A stretch of DNA of 64,000 bases from positions 815 through 64,814 of the forward strand of contig JADFLW010000004.1 in NCBI GenBank assembly GCA_022564195.1, read 5' to 3'. A program made the position numbers and the translations under genes. This stretch comes from Patescibacteria group bacterium (GTDB taxonomy: Bacteria > Patescibacteriota > Microgenomatia > UBA1400 > Chisholmbacteraceae). The notes under the pieces are model-generated. The model searched no databases. It saw only the letters and a program-made list of their open reading frames with translations, and was not told the DNA's origin. Positions 57,900 to 64,000 of the stretch are shown piece after piece (the first letter of the stretch is position 1; each line of letters opens with the position of its first letter).

Positions 57900-59930
57900 C
57901 TAGTTGGGTTCGATGGGTTTTTCAATAGCACCAAGTTTGGCCTTTATTTTTTGGTGTTTTTTGAGCTTCGGGTCTTTCTCGACAATGCTGTGGGCATGTC
58001 TTCTCGTTGCCGCGATCAGTGCTGCATCTTTCCATGAGGCGAATTTGAGATCAGCAAATCCATGCTGACGAGTCCCGTAGATATCTCCTGGGCCTCTCAG
58101 TTTCAGATCAAGTTCGGCAAGCTCGTTCCCTGATTTTTCCATCTCGAGCGCTTTCAGGCGAGAGAAGCCTTCCGCCTTAGGAAGAGAGGTGAAAAGAAGA
58201 CAGAAGCTTTGTTTGTCCCCTCTTCCGACGCGCCCTCGCAGTTGATGCAGTTGTGCGAGTCCGAAGCGTTCGGCTCCTTCGATCATCATGATTGTGGCGC
58301 CTGGAATGTCTATGCCTACCTCAACGACCGGTGTTGCGACTAAAATCTCGGTTTTGTGGTCGCGGAACTTTTGGATTGCTTCCTCTTTTTCCTTTGCTTT
58401 CATCCGTCCGTGGAGCAGTCCAAGAGAGAGGTCAGGGAAGATTTCCTTTGACAGTCGAATGGACTCCTCTGTTGCTGCTTTGACCTGGAGCATGGATTCA
58501 TGTTCGCTTGTTTCGATCAGGGGACAGACGATGAACGCTTGTTCGCCATTTTTGATTCGTTCTCTGATCCATTGATATGCCCCCTCTCTCTTCTTTGGGG
58601 GAACGATCCAGGTTTTCACCTTCATTCTTCCTGGGGGCATTTCGTCTATGATGGACAGATCCAGATCGCCATAGAGGGTCAAGGCAACGGTCCGTGGTAT
58701 TGGTGTTGCGGTCATGGTTAAGATGTGTGGGGTCTTCCCCTTTTTAATGAGCCTTCCGCGTTGCTCCACTCCGAAGCGCTGTTGCTCATCGATAACGGCC
58801 AGGCCAAAATCTTGGGGTTCAATCGTTTTATACAGCAGTGCGTGTGTGCCGATGATGAGGTCGTAGTCGGAAAGATTCACTTTCCTGCTTGCAGTACAGA
58901 GGCCGATTTTAACGTTGAAGGGCTTCAGTAGACCAGTGATTGTTTTTTCGTGTTGGTGGGCGAGAATCTCGGTTGGCGCCATGAGCACAGATGGAAAGCT
59001 CTTTGTGTGGCTTGCGTACATCCCGATTGCTGCAACGACCGTTTTTCCGCAGCCAACGTCGCCAAGGAGGAGTCTGTTCATCGGCCTATCTTTTGAGAGA
59101 TCTTCAAGAAGCTCTTCGGTGACCCTTTTTTGCGCATCTGTCAGTTTGAAAGGTAAATTTTTCTGGAAGTCGTTGAGTTTCCTTGGCTCGACGGTGATCT
59201 TATGGGCGACATCTCTTTTTTGCCAGGCCTTTTTTCGCAATAGCGTTCTTACTTGGAGGAGGAACATTTCGTCGAATGCAAGACGTTTTTTCGCTTTTTC
59301 GGCGCTCGTGGGGCTCTCTGGGAAATGGAGGTTTGCTAGCGCTTCTTCTATGTGGAGCAAGCGTTCTTTCTCACGGATGGAGTCTGGTAGCCATTCCTCT
59401 AAATCGGGGAGAATGATTTTTATAAGCGGTGCGATCCTTGATCGAAGCCATTTTGAACTTAGCCCTTCCGTTTCAGGGTAAACCGGAACTAGGCGGCCGG
59501 TGTGGATCGTATATTTTTCTTCTTTCACTATCTCATACTCAGGAGAAACCAGCTGCTTACGTAAGCCCGTAGCTTCGATTTCACCAGACAGGTTTAGCGA
59601 TTCCCCTACTTTGATAGTTTTGGGTATGAAGGGTTGGTTGAACCAAGTGGCTTCAAGTTGACCAGACCGGTCCTGAAGTTTGACTTTTTGGATTACTTTC
59701 CCGGTTTTCGTATAGACATTTTTACTCTCAACCACTGCCCCTTGAACAGTAACGGTTTCTCCAGATTGGGCTCTCATTATAGGAGTGATCAATGAGTAGT
59801 CAATATAGCGGTGAGGCTTGTGATAGAGGAGGTCTCTGATGGTTTCAATCTCCAGTTTCTTGAGTCTAGCAGCATAGGCTGGGCCGACCATGCGCAGTTT
59901 CGTGATGGGAGTGCCGAGTGATAGCTTCAT
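57900..59930 (-). CDS. recG: ATP-dependent DNA helicase RecG
   Basis: A wedge/OB N-terminus. The helicase motifs are GDVGCGKT and DEQQRFGV. Confidence 0.9.
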   Translation of the reverse strand: MKLSLGTPITKLRMVGPAYAARLKKLEIETIRDLLYHKPHRYIDYSLITPIMRAQSGETVTVQGAVVESKNVYTKTGKVIQKVKLQDRSGQLEATWFNQPFIPKTIKVGESLNLSGEIEATGLRKQLVSPEYEIVKEEKYTIHTGRLVPVYPETEGLSSKWLRSRIAPLIKIILPDLEEWLPDSIREKERLLHIEEALANLHFPESPTSAEKAKKRLAFDEMFLLQVRTLLRKKAWQKRDVAHKITVEPRKLNDFQKNLPFKLTDAQKRVTEELLEDLSKDRPMNRLLLGDVGCGKTVVAAIGMYASHTKSFPSVLMAPTEILAHQHEKTITGLLKPFNVKIGLCTASRKVNLSDYDLIIGTHALLYKTIEPQDFGLAVIDEQQRFGVEQRGRLIKKGKTPHILTMTATPIPRTVALTLYGDLDLSIIDEMPPGRMKVKTWIVPPKKREGAYQWIRERIKNGEQAFIVCPLIETSEHESMLQVKAATEESIRLSKEIFPDLSLGLLHGRMKAKEKEEAIQKFRDHKTEILVATPVVEVGIDIPGATIMMIEGAERFGLAQLHQLRGRVGRGDKQSFCLLFTSLPKAEGFSRLKALEMEKSGNELAELDLKLRGPGDIYGTRQHGFADLKFASWKDAALIAATRRHAHSIVEKDPKLKKHQKIKAKLGAIEKPIEPN

Positions 59931-59958
59931 GGGGGTGATTATATCTTAAAGTGACCGT

Positions 59959-60063
59959 CAGAGCGCGTAGAAGAGTGGGAGGAGGGAGGTTGCAATGAGT
60001 GCAAAGCCGGCGATGACGACGAGGATTTTCCAGAACATTTTGTGGCGTTTTGAGAGAAGCATG
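59959..60063 (-). CDS. Hypothetical 34-aa hydrophobic peptide
   Basis: The minus-strand ORF is MLLSKRHKMFWKILVVIAGFALIATSLLPLFYAL. It sits immediately downstream of the repeat element, sharing the upstream architecture of rpmF. Speculative. Confidence 0.25.
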
Positions 60064-60079
60064 GTATGAATGATAAGTA

Positions 60080-60125
60080 ATGAGTAATGACTGATGCCTG
60101 ATGAATAAACCCTATACCCTATGCC
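60080..60125. repeat. AT-rich intergenic repeat, copy 3: TAATGAGTAATGACTGATG…(CCCTAT)x3
   Basis: taagtaatgagtaatgactgatgcctgatgaataaaccctataccctatgccctattgcc. Confidence 0.5.
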
Positions 60126-61361
60126 CTATTGCCTTGTCTTGACTGCTGCTTTTCTAAAAACTCGTTTTCCGAACTGCAACACTTCCCCACCCTTCACCGT
60201 AAGTGTTTGGTTGGGGTCAGTAACGCGCCGGCCTCTCCACTCTACCCCACCTTGTCTTATTACTCGTTTTATTTCGGATCGGCTGACATCTGGTAAAGCC
60301 GCAGACACAGTGACAAGTGACGTATATGTGCCGGGTTCAATCGGGAACTCTCTGATTTTGGCTGGAAGCTCGCCTTTTTGGACAGTTTTCTCGAAATGTT
60401 TTTGGGCTTTCAGGGCATTTTGTGCACCATGGAATTGGGCAGTGACTTCGAGCGCTACGCGCTTTTTGTTTTGCAACGGCTTCTCTGGTAGGCTTTTGAT
60501 TTCTTGAAATGGGATATCGGTCAGAAGCTCCATGTACTGAATAATTTGTTCGTCAGGGACGCTCATGAGTTTCCCGTACATGTCTTCTGGTGGTCCGTCG
60601 AGCCAGACGCAGTTGCCTGAGGTTTTGCTCATTGGTTTTCCGTCTGTTCCCATGATCATGGGAACAGTAAGCACATATTTTTCCTTGTTCCGAAACTTTT
60701 TTTGCAGCTCCCTTCCAATGAGCATGTTGAACTCTTGGTCGGTACCGCCAATTTCCAAGTCGACATCCATCACCACCGAATCATAGCCTTGTAAAATGGG
60801 GTACATGGTCTCATGGTACCAGACGGTATCACCGTGTTTGATCCTTCTTTGAAACATCTCACGTTTGAAAAGCTGCACTGCTGAAATTTTCGAAGCGATG
60901 TTGATGATGTCCTTTAAGGTTAGTTTAGTCAACCATTCGCCGTTTCGCTTGATCGTGACTTTTTCAAAATTCACGATTGGTTCGACTTGCTTCTTCCAGT
61001 CTTTGATGTTTTGCTCAATCTCCTCTTGGGTGATCAGTTTCCTTCTTGTATCTCTTTGTGAGGGATCGCCAACAAGGACGGTTCCGGTGCCAAAGAGGAA
61101 GATCACCTCATGTCCCAAATCAGCAAATTCCATGAGTTTCCTGAGGCCAATGGTATGTCCTACGTGAAGCCTGTAACCCGTTGGATCAAAGCCTTGGTAC
61201 AGGCGGATTTTCCGTTTCTCAATGAGCTTCACGAGCCCCTCTTTTGCGGGCAGGATTTTTTCAACTCTTCTGGTTAAGGCATTTTGAAAGACTTCTGTCT
61301 TCTTTACGATCTTCATAGTCTGGATTATACTTAAGCATCTTAGAGTGTGTCTAGAGGGCAA
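60126..61361 (-). CDS. tyrS: Tyrosine--tRNA ligase
   Basis: HVGHTIGL is the HIGH motif, KMSKTSGN is the KMSKS motif, and the C-terminus is an S4 domain. Confidence 0.9.
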   Translation of the reverse strand: MPSRHTLRCLSIIQTMKIVKKTEVFQNALTRRVEKILPAKEGLVKLIEKRKIRLYQGFDPTGYRLHVGHTIGLRKLMEFADLGHEVIFLFGTGTVLVGDPSQRDTRRKLITQEEIEQNIKDWKKQVEPIVNFEKVTIKRNGEWLTKLTLKDIINIASKISAVQLFKREMFQRRIKHGDTVWYHETMYPILQGYDSVVMDVDLEIGGTDQEFNMLIGRELQKKFRNKEKYVLTVPMIMGTDGKPMSKTSGNCVWLDGPPEDMYGKLMSVPDEQIIQYMELLTDIPFQEIKSLPEKPLQNKKRVALEVTAQFHGAQNALKAQKHFEKTVQKGELPAKIREFPIEPGTYTSLVTVSAALPDVSRSEIKRVIRQGGVEWRGRRVTDPNQTLTVKGGEVLQFGKRVFRKAAVKTRQ

Positions 61362-61424
61362 GCAAATCTTTGACTGGTTTGATACACTTTATTGAGAAAC
61401 GATACAATCATAAATGAGTGCGCT

Positions 61425-64000
61425 ATGTTTCATAGACTGAGGTGGGGACGTGAGTGGAAACGTCGGATTCGGAAACTCAAGATGAGAAGAAGCGGATATC
61501 GGTTTCCAACGCGAGCCAAGCTTTTACGCGGCTTGGCTATCTTTACTTTCTTGTCCGTTGTCTCGGGCATTTTTGTCTTTTCCATTCTCTTTGCTTGGTA
61601 CGCGAAGGATCTGCCGAGGCCAGATCGGGTTGTGCGTCGAGAAGGGTTTGCGACAAAAATCCTCGATAGAAATGGCAAGCAGCTTTGGGATGTGTATGGT
61701 GAGCAGCGCCGTATCCCGATCACCCTTGAGAAGGCACCACTCCATCTCCAACAGGCCGTGATTGCTGTCGAAGATAAGGATTTTTACAAGCATGAAGGCT
61801 TCGATCCTCGAGGCATCTTGCGGGCTTTCGGAAACATCATTCTGTACCGAAGACTTCAGGGTGGCTCGACGCTCACTCAACAGCTTGTCAAAAACGTTCT
61901 TCTAACGCCCGAGCGCACGCTTGCACGGAAGATTAAGGAATTCATCTTGGCGGTTCAGATTGAGCGGAGATTCACGAAAGATGAGATTCTCACGATGTAT
62001 CTTAATGAAGCCCCATTTGGCGGTACTGCTTGGGGTGTGGAGGTGGCTGCGGAAGTGTACTTTGCGAAAAACGTTCGAGATCTCACCCTTGTTGAATCGG
62101 CCATTTTGGCGGGACTGCCACAGCGACCGACTGCCTATTCCCCTTTTGGTGCAAACCCGAACGCCTATATTGGTCGGACAGGGGATGTTTTGCGTAGAAT
62201 GCGCGAGGATGGATACATCACTCGGGAGCAAGAAAAGGAAGCTCGCGAACAACTCGATACGGTTGAGTTTGCCGCTTCTGATACTAGCATTCGCGCCCCG
62301 CATTTTGTGATGTATGTACGAGAGCAACTTTCCGAGATCTATGGGGATCGGATGGTTGAGCAAGGGGGCTTGACCGTGACAACAACGCTTGATCTTGAAC
62401 TGCACGAGCAGGCACAGCGGACTGTTGCCGAAGAGATCAAGAAGGTTGAGGGCATTCATATCACCAACGGTGCAGCGTTGGTGATGGACCCTCAAACGGG
62501 AGAGATTCTGGCTATGGTTGGGAGCAAGGATTTCTTTGCCGACGATTATGACGGGCAGGTGAATGTGGTGCTTTCGCTTCGGCAGCCGGGGAGTGCAATC
62601 AAGCCGGTGACCTATGCGACAGCCTTTAGCCGCGGTTTCACGCCGGCGAGCCCGATTATGGATGTTCAGACAAAGTTTCCTGGGAGGACTGAAGCCGAGC
62701 CATACGTTCCGGTCAACTACGACGGGCAGCACCACGGACCGATGCCTCTTCGAACAGCGTTGGGGAGTTCCATCAATCTCCCTGCTGTTAAAGTCCTTCA
62801 GCTTGTGGGGTTGAGGGATATGTTGGGGTTGGCACATGATATGGGATTTACGACACTCGCGCCGACGACGGAAAATATGCGACGATTCGGGCTCTCTGTT
62901 ACCTTAGGCGGTGGAGAGGTCAGGCTTATCGATATGGTCACTGCATACAGCGCGTTTTCCAATGGCGGAACTCGCGTTGAACCCGTTTCACTCCTTGAGG
63001 TACTCGATCGGAATGGGAAGACACTGTTTGAGCATAAGCCGACTTCCGGAAGACGGGTGATTTCCGAACAAGTTGCCTTTTTAGTCAATGATATTCTCTC
63101 TGATAACTCTGCCCGCCTGCTCACCTTTGGGGTGAACAGTTTGATTAACATTGCGGGTCGTCCTATTGCGGTCAAGACCGGAACCACCAATGATCAGCGG
63201 GATAACTGGACCGTGGGATGGACGAATGGTACGGCAGTTGTCGGTGTCTGGGTTGGAAACAATGATAATAGCCCAATGGTTCAAGTTGCCTCTGGTGTTT
63301 CGGGTGCAGCACCAATATGGCGACGGATTTTCCTTGAGGTGTTGCGGACTCGAGCCGCTCCTAAGTTTACTCCCCCTTCTGATGTTGAGCTTCATTCAGT
63401 TGATACCATCTCCGGATACCCCGCACACGATGACTATCCGGCACGAAGTGAGTACTTTATCAACGGAACCCTTTCCAGTGGCAAGGACCCAATTCATACG
63501 AAGCTTAAGGTTTGCGGTTCTTCTGGAAAATTGGCAACCCAGGCGCAAATTGCCAATGGGGACTATGAGGAGCGCGAGTTTTACGTTTTTAAAGCCCCGC
63601 AAGTGCTCGCAAAAGAGGCCCGAGAGGTTTGGCAAAACGGCATTGACCAGTGGCTTGCTACCCAGGGAGATTCGCGTTTTCACCCGCCTCGTGAGCTTTG
63701 CGAAGGGAATGAGGAGATGGTGGTTCGCGTCCACTCCCCTGCCAATGAGACTCAGCTAGATAGCAATGATGTCTTCATGGATGTTGAGGTATTCTCCGAT
63801 TCTTCTGTGGAGTGGGTCAAGATCATTGTTGATGATGCGGTTCGTGATACGCTCACTGAGCGTCCGTTTCGGACCACGATGTTCCTTGACGATGGGAGAT
63901 ATACTCTCAAGTTTAAGGCGCGAAACTCGGCTGGTCGGGAGGCGGAGAGTGGCGAGGTTCGCATTGGTGTGAATGTTCCGTGGGAAGCTCCGACGCCTAC
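61425..64000 (+). CDS. Class A penicillin-binding protein (glycosyltransferase GT51 + transpeptidase), 3' end outside window
   Basis: The frame stays open from the ATG at 61425 to the window end, presumably the reason it is missing from the ORF track. GT51 motifs are AVIAVEDKDFYKHEGFD and GGSTLTQQLVKN. Transpeptidase motifs are GSAIKP (SxxK), SIN (SxN) and KTGTTND (KTG). The minus-strand ORFs listed inside it are spurious. Confidence 0.85.
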   Translation, partial: MFHRLRWGREWKRRIRKLKMRRSGYRFPTRAKLLRGLAIFTFLSVVSGIFVFSILFAWYAKDLPRPDRVVRREGFATKILDRNGKQLWDVYGEQRRIPITLEKAPLHLQQAVIAVEDKDFYKHEGFDPRGILRAFGNIILYRRLQGGSTLTQQLVKNVLLTPERTLARKIKEFILAVQIERRFTKDEILTMYLNEAPFGGTAWGVEVAAEVYFAKNVRDLTLVESAILAGLPQRPTAYSPFGANPNAYIGRTGDVLRRMREDGYITREQEKEAREQLDTVEFAASDTSIRAPHFVMYVREQLSEIYGDRMVEQGGLTVTTTLDLELHEQAQRTVAEEIKKVEGIHITNGAALVMDPQTGEILAMVGSKDFFADDYDGQVNVVLSLRQPGSAIKPVTYATAFSRGFTPASPIMDVQTKFPGRTEAEPYVPVNYDGQHHGPMPLRTALGSSINLPAVKVLQLVGLRDMLGLAHDMGFTTLAPTTENMRRFGLSVTLGGGEVRLIDMVTAYSAFSNGGTRVEPVSLLEVLDRNGKTLFEHKPTSGRRVISEQVAFLVNDILSDNSARLLTFGVNSLINIAGRPIAVKTGTTNDQRDNWTVGWTNGTAVVGVWVGNNDNSPMVQVASGVSGAAPIWRRIFLEVLRTRAAPKFTPPSDVELHSVDTISGYPAHDDYPARSEYFINGTLSSGKDPIHTKLKVCGSSGKLATQAQIANGDYEEREFYVFKAPQVLAKEAREVWQNGIDQWLATQGDSRFHPPRELCEGNEEMVVRVHSPANETQLDSNDVFMDVEVFSDSSVEWVKIIVDDAVRDTLTERPFRTTMFLDDGRYTLKFKARNSAGREAESGEVRIGVNVPWEAPTP

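Noticed and set aside
61430-62840. Several minus-strand and short plus-strand ORFs from the track, for example 61902-62837 (311 aa), 61524-61880 and 61430-61723.
   Set aside because: They lie entirely inside the long + strand frame that encodes a class A penicillin-binding protein, which carries GT51 and SxxK/SxN/KTG motifs. The PBP frame runs off the window end and is therefore absent from the track. The antisense ORFs have no domain signal and are Arg/Ser/Pro-rich, as GC-rich antisense frames typically are.

Overview
This is a 64 kb bacterial chromosomal fragment with a standard genetic code. TGA, TAA and TAG all terminate the conserved genes. It is dense with small, mostly intact housekeeping genes. 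Many of these are shortened (RF1 298 aa, YebC 184 aa, HolB 235 aa), which suggests a reduced-genome bacterium, perhaps Patescibacteria/CPR-like; that placement is an inference only.

Recognisable genes on the + strand, left to right:
- ychF, rpsF-ssb-rpsR, ctpA, htrA
- dnaB, lgt, a dksA/traR-family gene, lspA, an rluA-family pseudouridine synthase gene, tgt
- an LCP-family gene, yebC, xerC/D, a 5'-truncated class A penicillin-binding protein (PBP)

Recognisable genes on the - strand:
- prfA and rpmE
- an EamA transporter and hisS
- tRNA-Leu(CAA)
- gyrB, an H+-pyrophosphatase (hppA) and gyrA
- holB
- rpsP and a KH-domain protein
- rnc, an ACP-like gene, nusB, and an rpmF missed by the ORF track
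- recG, tyrS

The largest functional unit is a type IV pilus locus at 44.0-55.5 kb. In order it carries pilB, pilT, pilC, a major pilin, pilD, five more prepilin-like genes, a PilX-like ORF, and pilM, pilN and pilO. A -35/-10 promoter sits directly upstream of pilB.

Features not explained by ordinary annotation:
- A compositional island. Positions 1-3310 are much more AT-rich than the rest (about high-30s % GC against about 50 %, by eye). It carries a quinone oxidoreductase, a TfoX-N-domain protein, a SemiSWEET-like transporter and an APH-family kinase. Each has a -10 box 6-9 nt from its ATG, a leaderless arrangement, and two repeated upstream motifs recur. A degenerate third copy of one motif sits exactly at the GC boundary.
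- A GC-normal but poorly coding segment (3.3-4.7 kb). It holds a 29-codon fragment paralogous to the N-terminus of the ORF at 5254 and shares a 22-nt identical DNA stretch with it.
- A membrane glycosyltransferase-like gene (41750-43093) interrupted by a single in-frame TAG.
- An ACP homolog whose phosphopantetheine-attachment serine is replaced by glutamate.
- A family of AT-rich intergenic repeats built on TAATGAC heptads and CCCTAT repeats. Copies flank recG, and a more distant AT-rich relative lies upstream of yebC.
- A 1.6 kb AT-rich non-coding stretch upstream of the tyrosine recombinase.
- A possible structured RNA in the convergent gap 43094-43252, and a three-hairpin GC-rich leader upstream of the LCP gene.

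No CRISPR array, rRNA or clear prophage was seen.
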